A stretch of 64,000 bases of DNA from Candidatus Bathyarchaeota archaeon. GTDB lineage: Archaea > Thermoproteota > Bathyarchaeia > TCS64. Numbering within the stretch: the first letter of the stretch is position 1; each line of letters starts with the position of its first letter. Under the pieces are notes generated by a model. It was not told the origin of the DNA, ran no database searches, and saw nothing but the letters and a program-made list of their open reading frames with translations. The DNA lies in NCBI GenBank assembly GCA_030739585.1, contig JASLYX010000003.1, forward strand, positions 39,812 to 103,811, in the 5' to 3' direction. Positions 28,125 through 38,429 of this stretch are shown here, in pieces. Made by a program: the position numbers and the translations under genes.

Positions 28125-29245
28125 TGTTTATCCCTTTTCCATCCATATATAGAATCATCATAAAAAGGGTGAGACTTAACAATCTTTCCCTCCACAAGCT
28201 TCTTCCGGACACGGATCATCACAGGAGTCCCCACTTTACGATATTCGACGGGCACATACCCGATGGCTATACCATAACCTAGAGTAGGGGCAAAACCCCC
28301 ACTCGTCACCTCCCCGATCACCCTCTCACCGTCACTTTCGAGGATATCATAGTGCTGCCGGGGCAACCCCCTGCCCACCATCTGGATTCCCACTTGGATC
28401 CGTTTGATGCCATCCGCTCGGGCTGCCTGGAGAGCCTCGATACCGATGAAACCCCCCTTCTTTTTAAACTTCACCGCCCACCTGAGCCGAGCCTCCAACG
28501 GGTTCGTGGTCTCCCCGATATCGCTCCCATATAGGTTGAGCCCGGCCTCCATCCTGAGACTGTCCCGGGCCCCAAGACCACATGGAACTGCACCAGCCTC
28601 CACGAGATCGTTCCATACCTTCAACGCTTTATCAGGCGAGCTCACCGGGCAGTCAAGAATAAAAATCTCGAATCCGTCCTCCCCCGTATAGCCCGTTCGA
28701 GCCGCCATACACTCCAGTCCAGAGATAGTAAGTTTCGCGATACTAAATCGAGCCACTTGAGAGACGTCCTCCTCTGTGACCTTCTGAAGAGTCTCCACCG
28801 CTTTTGGCCCCTGGAGGGCAATCATAGCAATCTCGTCAGAGACATCTGTAAGCTTAACATCTAACTCCGAAGTGTTCTGCTTGAGCCAGTTAAAGTCCTT
28901 CTCTCGGTTCGCTGCGTTATAGACAATGAAGAAAGCGTTGCCCTCCCTTTTATAGGTGATAAGGTCGTCTACGATCCCAGCATTGGGCCTTAGCATCAAG
29001 GCATATAGGCCCTGGGAGGGCTTTAGCTTGGATACGTCATTGGTCACGACCCGGTTTACGAACCTCTCCACATCTGGCCCTCTAGCCATCGACCTCCCCA
29101 TGTGACTGGTGTCAAACATGCCAACGCTGTTGCGTACAGCGTTATGCTCCGCGATGATCCCCTTGTACCAGACGGGCATAGCCCATCCCCCAAAGTCCAC
29201 GATGTTACCGTGCATCTCGTGATAGGCGTAGATATGGGTCTTCAT
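28121..29245 (-). CDS. gcvT: glycine cleavage system T protein (aminomethyltransferase)
   Basis: DFGGWAMPV, FDTSHMG, RTGYTGEDGFE, GLGARDSLRMEAG; ATG at 29245. Confidence 0.95.
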   Translation of the reverse strand: MKTHIYAYHEMHGNIVDFGGWAMPVWYKGIIAEHNAVRNSVGMFDTSHMGRSMARGPDVERFVNRVVTNDVSKLKPSQGLYALMLRPNAGIVDDLITYKREGNAFFIVYNAANREKDFNWLKQNTSELDVKLTDVSDEIAMIALQGPKAVETLQKVTEEDVSQVARFSIAKLTISGLECMAARTGYTGEDGFEIFILDCPVSSPDKALKVWNDLVEAGAVPCGLGARDSLRMEAGLNLYGSDIGETTNPLEARLRWAVKFKKKGGFIGIEALQAARADGIKRIQVGIQMVGRGLPRQHYDILESDGERVIGEVTSGGFAPTLGYGIAIGYVPVEYRKVGTPVMIRVRKKLVEGKIVKSHPFYDDSIYGWKRDKQ

Positions 29246-29325
29246 GAGCTCCAAAAGTAAATCCTCGCTACCCAATATGCACCGCACGGTTAAATCTGTT
29301 GTCTGAGAGCCGCTAATCCTCCATT

Positions 29326-30157
29326 TCAGGGGCCCGAGGATTTCCGGTACCCATTCTCCCGGTGCCCCTCCATGAGCTTCAAAAGGATCTCCTCGGGCCT
29401 GTTCTCAATCATCCTCCGGATCATAAAGCTGGTGGCGTTGTCCACCTGATAACGGGTGATGCTCCTATAGGTGGCCTTCCTCACGACCCTGAGTCCCTTC
29501 AACCCCAAGGATCTCTCCTCCTGTAGCTCCGCTGAAAACTTATACCTATTGTACTCAATAAGCCCCACCCCCGGAGGGAGGTTCCCAGGGCTGACGAGGC
29601 GCATTGGGGTGAGGAGATAGTTGTAGTTGCACCCCGTACAAAAGAACCCGTTCCTGAAGTCCCCTCGAGAGACCTTCACCTCGATCCCCCGTAATACGTT
29701 CTGTCTGACCTCTAGGCGCCGGGGGTCCACCCCCTCATCTGGGATGCCTTGGGGCCTTACGAATCGTTCCCCGACACCGCAGACATCGATGATATGGTGC
29801 TTGTCTAACTCGTGGATACGGCTTTGCCCGAACCTGCTGAGGGGAACCTCAGTGTCCACGAGGAAGCAATCCTGGTTGAGGAGGAAGGCTAGCCCAACCT
29901 TTTTGAGGAACGCGTGGAGGTCTGACTCACCCAGTCCCAGGCCCCCCTTCCTGCCCGGGTATCCACTCGATCAACTTTCTGCTTTGGAGGCCTCCTCCTC
30001 CCCAGAATACGAGACCCTCAAAGGACATGAGACCACCCTGCCCTGTCGCCCTCACAAGATCCACGTATTTCTCCAGATCCACCAAGCCCCTGTATCCCAC
30101 TGACCTCACTATTCTAAAGGAATTTCCGTGATCAGCGTCCACATACACATAATCCAA
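29326..30157 (-). pseudogene. PD-(D/E)XK nuclease-like (MmcB-type motif) gene split by a frameshift in a G6 tract
   Basis: Track ORFs 29927..30157 and 29326..29859 join if one G is removed from the run at 29942-29947; ESDLHAFLK, IDVCGV, GIEVKVSRGDF. Confidence 0.65.
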
Positions 30158-30402
30158 AGTTTCCCGCCGCCATATTTTTCCCCACTATCGCGCACGCAAT
30201 TCTGTAACCAGTCTTGGAAGGATCATAAGGGGGATCTCAAAGTTACTCGAGCATGCGAGTCTAGAGGAAGAGAGGTTCTCGCCTCATTGAAAAAGATAAT
30301 ATAAGAAAGGTCTGAAAAAATTGGCTCGACTTTATTCCCTTTTGGAGTTCATTTTGAGAAAACAGATAAGCATGGCAGGACTAAGGTCCTTCGATATAGT
30401 CT

Positions 30403-31038
30403 ATGATGTTGAAGTGGCTGGGCCATGCAAGCTGGAAGATAAATACGGGTGATAAGACGATCTATATAGATCCCTACCAGGGGAAATACGAAGAGGAAGC
30501 CGATCTGATCCTCGCGACCCACTCTCATATAGACCACTGTGAGCCCTCTAAGGTCAACATGGTGAAGGGTAAGGAAACAGTAGTGGTGGCCCCCTCGGAC
30601 TGCGCTGAGAAGATCGGGAGCTCCGTGAAGAGCCTGAAGCCCAGGGAGAAGGTCATCTATTGTGACGTGGAGATCAAGGCCGTTCATGCGTACAACGTTA
30701 AACGATTCCGATCTCCGGGGATACCTTTCCACCCCAAGGGACTTGGCGTGGGCTATATAATTAGGGCTAACGGGAAGACCGTTTACCATGTGGGGGACTC
30801 GGACTTCATACCAGAGATGAGGGGTTTCGAGGAGATCGATCTACTGCTCATCCCCAGCGGGGGGACCTATACCATGGACAACAAAGATGCTGCTGAGGCT
30901 GCCGTCGCCATCCGCCCTAAGAAGGTGATTCCTATGCACATCTGGGACACTGATCCCAAGAAATTCAAAAAGCACGTTCAGAAGGCCTCAGACGTCCAGG
31001 TCGTAATCCTGAGTCCTGGCGACACCTACGAACTTTAA
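30403..31038 (+). CDS. MBL-fold metallo-hydrolase
   Basis: WLGHAS, IYIDP, THSHIDH, YHVGDS, IPMH. Confidence 0.9.
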   Translation: MMLKWLGHASWKINTGDKTIYIDPYQGKYEEEADLILATHSHIDHCEPSKVNMVKGKETVVVAPSDCAEKIGSSVKSLKPREKVIYCDVEIKAVHAYNVKRFRSPGIPFHPKGLGVGYIIRANGKTVYHVGDSDFIPEMRGFEEIDLLLIPSGGTYTMDNKDAAEAAVAIRPKKVIPMHIWDTDPKKFKKHVQKASDVQVVILSPGDTYEL

Positions 31039-31083
31039 TCCCCTTTTTCCCTTATTCAGGGAACTCAAGATCCCAAACTCGCG

Positions 31084-32508
31084 TCAGATCCACTGATCCA
31101 AGGGAGGCTTGGCATTCGGAGGCAGGGGTGACGTATATTTTCTCCCCGCGAGCCTCTCCTTCAACTCATCTTGTGCCTTCTTCAAGAGGTCCCTGTCGGT
31201 CATTAGTTCCAGAGCCGCTCCCGCCATAGTCTTTGCTGCGAAGAGTAGACTCTTATGTCCTATACTCATCCCGGAGGTGGCGACAGTTGTCCACGAGTGG
31301 CCCGGGGTGCCGAGAACGACCGTTGTGGTACTGAACTCCATGGTGGGGGTGTTCCATGATACATCGGCGACGTCTGTACTACCTGCTGAAACATTCCCCT
31401 CGTTCCAAGGGTTGAGGATGTCTGTTACAAGATTCACGTCTACATACCTCTTCCATTCAGGGATCTTCCTCTTCCTGAGGCTGTCCATCTTCGCCTGCAT
31501 GGGAACCACTTCCGCTATCTTAGCTGCAAAAGCAAGTTCTTCATCACTGTATGTAGGGGCCCCAATCTCACGCATGTTAGCAATCACAAGCTTGCTCAGG
31601 GTTTTGTTGGGCATCTTGTTGTAAATGGCCTTTTTGAATTCCACCTTATGGGTGGTTCCAGTCATGAGGGCAGCTCCCTCGGCTATTCTAAGAACCCAAT
31701 TATATATGTGGTCCACCTGGTCCCTCTCTGGGGCCCTGATCAGATACCAGACCCTGGCGTAGTCTGGGACCACGTTGGGCTGATATCCGCCCTCCTCGAT
31801 GATATAGTGGAGACGGGCCTTCTCAATAACGTGCTCCCTCATATAGTTCACCCCGATGTTCATCAATTCTACTGCATCTAAGGCACTGCGTCCCTGCTCA
31901 GGACTCCCCGCTGCGTGGGCTGTCTTCCCGTAAAAATGGAACTTTACCGAGTTATTCGCGTTGCTGCTCTGAAGGCTGGCGGTGTTCAAACTATTAGGAT
32001 GGTGGCTAAGGCAGGCATCGACCCCGTTGAAAACGCCGTCCCTCACCATCCAAACCTTGCCGCTGAGCATCTCCTCAGCGGGACAGCCGAAAAACTTGAT
32101 TGTCCCGGGGACCTTCACCTTATCCATTGCTACCTTGACCGCAAGAGCCCCTCCGAGCCCAGAGACCCCGTGGATGTTGTGACTACAGCCGTGGCCCGGT
32201 CCACCTTCAATGAGAGGGTCCTTAACCGGGACGGCCTTATTGGAAACACCGGGGATGGAGTCATACTCCCCCATGATTCCTATAACCGGCCTCCCGCTGC
32301 CCCAAGTCGCCACAAAAGCAGTGGGTATCCCGGCCACCTCCATCGCCACCTTGAAACCTTGGCGCTCTAACTCGTCGACGAGGAGCTTTGCAGACTTTAC
32401 CTCTACGAATCCTAGCTCGGCGTACTCCCAGATCTCGTCGCTGACCTCGATAAGCCTCTCCCGGTTCTGATCGATCCAGTCCCAGGCTGCTTGCTTCAAA
32501 CCCGACAT
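31084..32508 (-). CDS. M20 amidohydrolase, AbgB-like
   Basis: PELG-like AELGFVE, GEYDSIPG, GHGCSHN, CPAEE, GSTDVADVSW. Confidence 0.9.
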   Translation of the reverse strand: MSGLKQAAWDWIDQNRERLIEVSDEIWEYAELGFVEVKSAKLLVDELERQGFKVAMEVAGIPTAFVATWGSGRPVIGIMGEYDSIPGVSNKAVPVKDPLIEGGPGHGCSHNIHGVSGLGGALAVKVAMDKVKVPGTIKFFGCPAEEMLSGKVWMVRDGVFNGVDACLSHHPNSLNTASLQSSNANNSVKFHFYGKTAHAAGSPEQGRSALDAVELMNIGVNYMREHVIEKARLHYIIEEGGYQPNVVPDYARVWYLIRAPERDQVDHIYNWVLRIAEGAALMTGTTHKVEFKKAIYNKMPNKTLSKLVIANMREIGAPTYSDEELAFAAKIAEVVPMQAKMDSLRKRKIPEWKRYVDVNLVTDILNPWNEGNVSAGSTDVADVSWNTPTMEFSTTTVVLGTPGHSWTTVATSGMSIGHKSLLFAAKTMAGAALELMTDRDLLKKAQDELKERLAGRKYTSPLPPNAKPPLDQWI

Positions 32509-32799
32509 TGACGAATCTTCCAGAGTATGTTCAATGTACTATTTATTGACTGGTTAATCTCATTTACCAGATTTGCAGGGATCCATTTGGGGTAAGTATT
32601 CCTGAAATTTGGGAATCCTTTCAAGTGCCTCCGTCTTTGCAATTCTGAACGCGGGGTAATAAATAGTCCTTGAGGGTTCAGAGTGTTACGGAGATGTGAA
32701 ACTTCATTATAATGTTCCCTATCAATCATGTCGAGCTCCGCGGACGCGGCCTTTGGGGGAGCAGTGTAGCAGACTAAAGGAAAAAAAAGCGGTCCTCTG

Positions 32800-32815
32800 A
32801 AAAGCGATTATAAAC
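32800..32815 (+). promoter_or_regulatory. BRE/TATA box of the HAD gene (probably leaderless)
   Basis: AAAAGCGA-TTATAAA with TATA at 32808-32814, about 25 nt before ATG 32837. Confidence 0.5.
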
Positions 32816-32836
32816 AACAGAGTTGTATCTCTTATA

Positions 32837-33520
32837 ATGGGTCAATACAAGGCCGTGATTTTTGACCTTGACGGCACCCTCCAGGACTCCAAGATAGATT
32901 ATCAGAAGATGATTGAGTGCGTGCGGGTGATCCTGATAAGAGAGGGCATAAATCAGAGCGCCATTTGCGACAAAGGTGGAGTCTATCGTATCATCCGCGG
33001 CGGTAGAGCCTCACTATTTGAACTCGGCGTGAGAGACAAGCGGGTCCAAACAGTCCTCGACCTGATGACCGAGGCCATGAATGCGACCGAGCTGGAAGCT
33101 GTGGATCGTGTAGAGCCAAAGCCCAATGCTCTCCAAACCCTCAAAATTCTCCGTCAAAACGGTATCCTAATGGGAATAGCAACCAGGAGCCATCGGGTAT
33201 ACGCCGAGAGATGTCTCGCCAAGATGGGGATGCGCAAATATCTGCAGGGGATTCTGGCCAGAGACGACGTGTCCTATCCAAAACCCGACCCTCGCCATCT
33301 GTTTGAAACCATATCCCTCCTTAACGTTAACCCTAAGAATGTGCTCTTTGTAGGAGATACAACCACCGACTTTGAGACAGCCCGAGCTGCCGAGGTGGAT
33401 TTTATAGGCTACAGAAGGGATGATGAGTGGGGGCAGCGTCTCCTGGACGCTGGATGCACGGTAATGGCTGAAGACCTCCTCGAGGTTGCTGAGATGGCTC
33501 TGAAGTCAAGAAAAGGATAA
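32837..33520 (+). CDS. HAD-superfamily hydrolase (phosphoglycolate phosphatase-like)
   Basis: FDLDGTL, IATRS, KPDP, VGDTTTD. Confidence 0.9.
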   Translation: MGQYKAVIFDLDGTLQDSKIDYQKMIECVRVILIREGINQSAICDKGGVYRIIRGGRASLFELGVRDKRVQTVLDLMTEAMNATELEAVDRVEPKPNALQTLKILRQNGILMGIATRSHRVYAERCLAKMGMRKYLQGILARDDVSYPKPDPRHLFETISLLNVNPKNVLFVGDTTTDFETARAAEVDFIGYRRDDEWGQRLLDAGCTVMAEDLLEVAEMALKSRKG

Positions 33521-33527
33521 AAAAAAA
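33519..33527 (-). terminator. T9 tract, candidate intrinsic terminator of the M28 gene
   Basis: A9 on the + strand, 9 nt downstream of the minus-strand stop, between convergent genes. Confidence 0.5.
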
Positions 33528-33535
33528 GTTGGGTG

Positions 33536-34966
33536 CTACCAGTCAGATTTCCTGTTGAGCCAAGCCTGGGTCTCAGGGAGAATCTCTTTCCAGGTTTTAA
33601 TGTATTTCTTGGTCTTCTCCGCGAGCGTTACGGTCTTGTCGAAGCCTTGTTTCTTTATAAACTCCTGGATCTCCTCAGGATTCTTCCTCCTCGCTGGCCA
33701 CTCTTGGACATTAGCAATCCTGAAAACGAACCGTGAATAGTTCGCAGCTGCGAGCCGGAGAAATTGCTGGTCTACTTTGTCGACGGTGTCATATTTCGTG
33801 TGGCCATAGCCCCTCCCTGTTCGGGTCCTCCTAGCCTCAGGGTCTCCCCCACTCCCGCAAGGTACGCTACTTAGGAAGAACGGCCAGTGGTCGCTGTAGG
33901 GGCTTATTTTCTGATCCGTGGGCATCTCAACGTTCATCTCGGCGGCCCATTGCCTGAGGAGGGTTTCGAGCTCGGGGAAGTTGTGGAATATCACCCCTTT
34001 CTTCCCGGGGCTCCCCCCTGAGTCGAGGTTGAGCATGAATCGAGCTTTGTCCATCTCGTTTCTGTGCCTTGCAACGTAGTTATAGGAGCCGTACAGACCG
34101 ATCTCCTCAGCACCGAAGCAGATACACCGGACACGACGATTCAGATTTTTCTTGACTTTATTTAGGACCCTAGCGATCTCCATCACGGTGACGGTCCCTG
34201 AGGCAGGATCCATGGCGCCTTGGCTGATATCGTGGCCATCGTAGTGGCTCCCAACCACAACGTACTCGTCATCCACCGGGTCTTTTGGCTCCACGTCGCA
34301 GATCACGTTAAAGGTATCAACATCATAATTTGTGTCCGTGGTCCGGAGTTTCACGATGACCTCATCACTTCTCTCGGTGAGCCTCACGAGATAACTACCG
34401 TCCTCATAGCTGATCCCAACCGCAGGGATGACGGGACTAACTCCCCCCGTAGGGGGCCCGTAGGCTTGGTAGTGGTTCATAAAGATCCAGCCCTTGGCCC
34501 CCGCAAGGACGCTCCTCATATACTTTTCAGACCTGTGGAGGAATCGTTGTATCCCCATGGGGTTCCTACTTGTCACCAGCACAATGTTCCCGTCGATCTC
34601 ATCCTTCCTGCTTTCGTAATCAGCTATGGCCCCGTCCCCGAGGTAGACTAGCTTCCCCTCGATCTCTCCTCCGAGGCTGTGGGGGAGGCTGATGACCTCG
34701 AACCTCTTCTTGATAGGACCTGTTACCCGGAGCTGGGCGGGTCCCCTCTTCCACCCTGGGATTGTGTAGGTCTCATAGTGGGCGTTCTTGAGACCATTTC
34801 TCTTTAGTTTCTTGACCATCCACTTGACCGAACCGAAATCCCCCTTAGTACCTGGGAAGCGGCTATCGTAGACATCACAAAGAACCTTGAGGTTGTCCAT
34901 GGGCTCCGAGGAAGTATAGACCTCAGAGACAATCTTCTTGTCCACCTTGAGGTATGGGTTTTCCAC
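33536..34966 (-). CDS. M28 family peptidase with PA domain
   Basis: VGSHYDG, GAMDPASG, FGAEEIGLYGS, NLDS, SDHWPF, HTKYDT. Confidence 0.9.
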   Translation of the reverse strand: MENPYLKVDKKIVSEVYTSSEPMDNLKVLCDVYDSRFPGTKGDFGSVKWMVKKLKRNGLKNAHYETYTIPGWKRGPAQLRVTGPIKKRFEVISLPHSLGGEIEGKLVYLGDGAIADYESRKDEIDGNIVLVTSRNPMGIQRFLHRSEKYMRSVLAGAKGWIFMNHYQAYGPPTGGVSPVIPAVGISYEDGSYLVRLTERSDEVIVKLRTTDTNYDVDTFNVICDVEPKDPVDDEYVVVGSHYDGHDISQGAMDPASGTVTVMEIARVLNKVKKNLNRRVRCICFGAEEIGLYGSYNYVARHRNEMDKARFMLNLDSGGSPGKKGVIFHNFPELETLLRQWAAEMNVEMPTDQKISPYSDHWPFFLSSVPCGSGGDPEARRTRTGRGYGHTKYDTVDKVDQQFLRLAAANYSRFVFRIANVQEWPARRKNPEEIQEFIKKQGFDKTVTLAEKTKKYIKTWKEILPETQAWLNRKSDW

Positions 34967-35187
34967 TAGAATTACACCGGAACATAATCGCCCATATATG
35001 TTATAAAAACATCTGAACAGGACGTAAAAGAGGTGAAAAGGGAGTTAAATATGAAGGGCCTCCCGGTCTGGTTTACCCCCTCTTTTTAGTTTACGGATTA
35101 CGAGTTGAAAATGTCTCCCCCGCGTGCGATGGTCCTTCTAGGAGCTAATTCTTTAAGGCAAGGAACGGAGTCTGGCTGGGAAACCTC

Positions 35188-36060
35188 TTGGAAATAATAA
35201 TCTTCACCGACAACCCAATGGTTACGGAGACCCAACTGGTCATTGAGGAGCTTAAAAGTAGAAACATCCGGCACCGATTCTTAGCGCCTTGGGACATTGC
35301 CCTGCCGGAGCTCCAAAAACTTGATGCGGATATGGTCTATGTTCCCAGCAACATGTTCAATCGGGGCTCCACCTTCGAGCTCATCCACCGGCTACTAATC
35401 CTTCGGGAGTTTGAGAGTCAGGTAGGCAATATCGTGAACCCCGTGGATAGCATGCTCATCTACTCCAAGGGGCACTTCACCCTCCAGTTAAGCGACCTTG
35501 GTCTCCCCCATCCCCCGACCATTGTGACTGAGAACATAGGTAATGCCCAAGAATTCGCGTCAGGACTCCTCGACGCGGGTAAATCTGTTGTCCTTAAACC
35601 CATCTGTCGGGGCCGGGGAATTGGGGTGGTCAGGCTCGATAGGATCCGGAGTCGTAGCGATCTCCTTCAGTACCTCATGTGGTACAACAGATCTTTTGGT
35701 CAGGGCGTCTTCTATCTCCAGGAGTTCATTCCGAATCTGGGCTACGATGTGCGGTGCATGGTGGTGAACGACGAGGTTGTGGGTCGAGAGAAGCGGTCGA
35801 ATCCCCAGGACTTTAGATACAATGTGAGCACAGGGGGTTTGGCTGAGGCCTTTGATGATCCCACCTATGATGAGATCTCAATAAATATCGCAGAGGCTGT
35901 GGACCTCAGGATCACAGGCATCGACATCCTTCCCACAGAAACTGGCCCATACCTTTTGGAGGCGAACTGCTTCCCAGGATATACCGCCCTTATCGATGCC
36001 ACCGGTATCCCTGTCCACGCTAGAATAGTGGATTATTTCCAGAGCCTCATGACTAGGTGA
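35188..36060 (+). CDS. RimK/LysX-family ATP-grasp ligase
   Basis: VVLKP..GRGIG, YLQEFIP, DVRCMVV, RYNVSTGG, GIDIL, LEAN. Confidence 0.85.
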   Translation: MEIIIFTDNPMVTETQLVIEELKSRNIRHRFLAPWDIALPELQKLDADMVYVPSNMFNRGSTFELIHRLLILREFESQVGNIVNPVDSMLIYSKGHFTLQLSDLGLPHPPTIVTENIGNAQEFASGLLDAGKSVVLKPICRGRGIGVVRLDRIRSRSDLLQYLMWYNRSFGQGVFYLQEFIPNLGYDVRCMVVNDEVVGREKRSNPQDFRYNVSTGGLAEAFDDPTYDEISINIAEAVDLRITGIDILPTETGPYLLEANCFPGYTALIDATGIPVHARIVDYFQSLMTR

Positions 36061-36221
36061 CCGGTGTCCAAGCCGTTTGTCCCACCATCAAGATTAAGTA
36101 GTTTTCTGATCCATTCAAGGGAGGGGACTAGTTTGGCCCCGCGTTCCGTCCACGGCTAGTGCACAGAGTCACAAAAGAGGAAGGTAGAAGGACACAGCAT
36201 ATGATGGAGATAGGGAAAAAA

Positions 36222-36701
36222 ATGGATAATGGAACCCAGTCTGGGCAGAATGGCGAACGGGAATTTGTTATGGTGAAGCCTGACGGCGTCCATAGAGCGC
36301 ACGTTGGGGATATCATTACCAGGATAGAGAGGGTCGGACTCAAAATTGTCGCCATAAAGATCCTTCAGGTGACCAAGGACCAGGCTGAGAAACACTACGC
36401 AATCCATAAAGACAAACCTTTCTACAAAGGGCTCATAAAATACATCACAAGCGGCCCCTCTGTTGCGATGGTAGTGGAGGGTCGGAATGCAGTGAGTCAT
36501 ACCCGGAGGCTTGTCGGAGCCACTGATCCCCACAACGCCAATCCTGGATCTATCCGTGGGGATTATGGTCTAGACATCGGGAGAAACATAGTTCACGCGG
36601 CGGACTCGGTGAATAATGCCAAGATTGAGTACTCGATCTACTTTGACGAGGAGGAATTGATCGCTTACACCCGGATTGACGAGTCCCAGCTCTATAGCTG
36701 A
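36222..36701 (+). CDS. ndk: nucleoside diphosphate kinase
   Basis: MVKPDGV, ITSGP, PGSIRGDY, NIVHAADS; start uncertain (track 36159). Confidence 0.95.
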   Translation: MDNGTQSGQNGEREFVMVKPDGVHRAHVGDIITRIERVGLKIVAIKILQVTKDQAEKHYAIHKDKPFYKGLIKYITSGPSVAMVVEGRNAVSHTRRLVGATDPHNANPGSIRGDYGLDIGRNIVHAADSVNNAKIEYSIYFDEEELIAYTRIDESQLYS

Positions 36702-36871
36702 GACGCGAAATTAAGCGTCGGAAAAGGGGTACTTTCTTTCCAGCGCCTCAACTTAGATGACGACGACAACGTTCGTCATCGCGATGCCGTGGATGAAAAG
36801 GCAAGGATACGCCCTTGAACGCTAAATATTTCTGAGCGTTTTTCCGGTGATAAAAGTTATATAATCTCCCA

Positions 36872-37063
36872 GTGAGTTTGTATCAGGTAACAGTATTGAA
36901 TTGTCCAGTATGTAGTGGAGTTGCTCAAGCGACTGGTAAAGAATTTAAATTCGGGGTTTTCGATGGGAAGCAGCATAAGTGTCCAATTTGCGGTAAAATT
37001 TTTAATGCCTTTTACAGGGATGGCAAATTCACTCACACGGTGCCCAAGTCTAAGAAAGACTAG
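36872..37063 (+). CDS. small Zn-ribbon protein (two CPxC motifs)
   Basis: 63 aa; CPVC...CPICG; TATA-like TTATATAA just upstream. Confidence 0.65.
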   Translation: MSLYQVTVLNCPVCSGVAQATGKEFKFGVFDGKQHKCPICGKIFNAFYRDGKFTHTVPKSKKD

Positions 37064-37570
37064 GGACCTTTACCTCTTTGTTTACGCGTTTGATTAAAAA
37101 GGAGTTTACAAAACCAAGTATTCAATTTGGTTAAGAAGGGTAACAGGGGGCATCTACAGATTATAAGTGTGAAGCTGGAATTTGTGCGATTAGAGGGAGC
37201 TCAAATCATGCAAACGAAGTCTATTGTTCTACATCTGAGTCAGAGTAGTAAAATATCCTTTCATGCTCAGATTTGTCTCTATTTATAAGGAAAGACCTAG
37301 ACAATTCGCCCTGTTTCCGGGACTCATGTTCTCTGTGCATGTGTTGGATATTAGAATTTGGTTGATTTGGGGTTATTTAGTTCCGATTTGATTATGGAGG
37401 TATTGTTCTTTTATATATGCGCGTGTTTTTGTGTTATTGTGTTTTTAGAGAGAAAGTAAGAAAGAGGGGGAAGGTGTGTGGGTGAATAAGCTGTTTCCCC
37501 GCCCCTAAAGATATAAAAGCGAGGATAAATGTCCAATTACGAACTTAGATAGATTCGAGGAGGCGAGACA

Positions 37571-38428
37571 TTGAAAAAAAAAGCTCGACTTAACCTAGTA
37601 AAGATTAGGGACTTCCTGATGGAGGATATTGGGCATGGAGACATAACCTCATCCTCCCTCATCGGAGCGGATCAGATGGCCAAGGCACGGCTATTTATCA
37701 GGGAGGCTGGTATTGCTGCAGGACTCGAGGAGGCGGCAATGATTTTCGAGCTCCTCGGATGCGACGTCATTACACACGCCTATGATGGAGAGAGCGTTAA
37801 CCCGGAGAAAATCCTTTTGGAGGTAGAGGGTTCGGCTAGAGCTATATTGTCGGGGGAGAGAACCGCCCTCAACATCATGGGTCGAATGGCTGGGATAGCG
37901 ACCGCAGTAGCGGAGGCCCAGAAAATCGCAAATGAGGTGAACCCCTCGGTAAGGGTTGCTGCCACGCGGAAAACCCTTCCAGGGCTGAGGGAACTCGACA
38001 AAAAAGCCGTTTTACTAGGGGGAGGAGATACCCATCGGTTGCGACTCGATGACTGTGTTCTCATCAAAGATAACCACTTGAAGTTAGTCCCTTCTATCAC
38101 TGATGCCGTTAGGAGAGCCAGGAAGGGGGTGAGCTTTACAAAGAAGATCGAGGTAGAGGTAAGAAGCCCCGGTGAAGCTGAGGAAGCGGCAGAAGCGGGG
38201 GCCGACATAGTCATGTTCGACAACATGAGCCCGAGGGAAATCCGTATATGCTTCGGTGTACTGAAGAAGAAGGGACTTCACAAAGGTAGGCTGTTCGAGG
38301 CGTCCGGAGAGATCACCCGCGAGAGCTTAGCCAACTACGCCGGCTCAGGAGTGGATATCATCTCAATGGGAAGTCTCACCCACTCCGTGAGGAGCCTAAA
38401 CGTCAAATTAGAGATAGAGATGGTTTAG
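37571..38428 (+). CDS. nadC: nicotinate-nucleotide pyrophosphorylase (carboxylating)
   Basis: EDIGHGDIT, ERTALN, TRKTLPG, HRLRLDD, KDNH, EVEV, MFDNM. Confidence 0.95.
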   Translation: MKKKARLNLVKIRDFLMEDIGHGDITSSSLIGADQMAKARLFIREAGIAAGLEEAAMIFELLGCDVITHAYDGESVNPEKILLEVEGSARAILSGERTALNIMGRMAGIATAVAEAQKIANEVNPSVRVAATRKTLPGLRELDKKAVLLGGGDTHRLRLDDCVLIKDNHLKLVPSITDAVRRARKGVSFTKKIEVEVRSPGEAEEAAEAGADIVMFDNMSPREIRICFGVLKKKGLHKGRLFEASGEITRESLANYAGSGVDIISMGSLTHSVRSLNVKLEIEMV

Positions 38429-38429
38429 A

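Noticed and set aside
36222-36701. Ndk active-site motif HAADS rather than HGSDS/HASDS
   Set aside because: The phospho-accepting His and the other motifs are intact; likely ordinary variation.
37063-37571. Long AT-rich spacer as a replication origin
   Set aside because: No repeated ORB-like elements and no intact cdc6 nearby.
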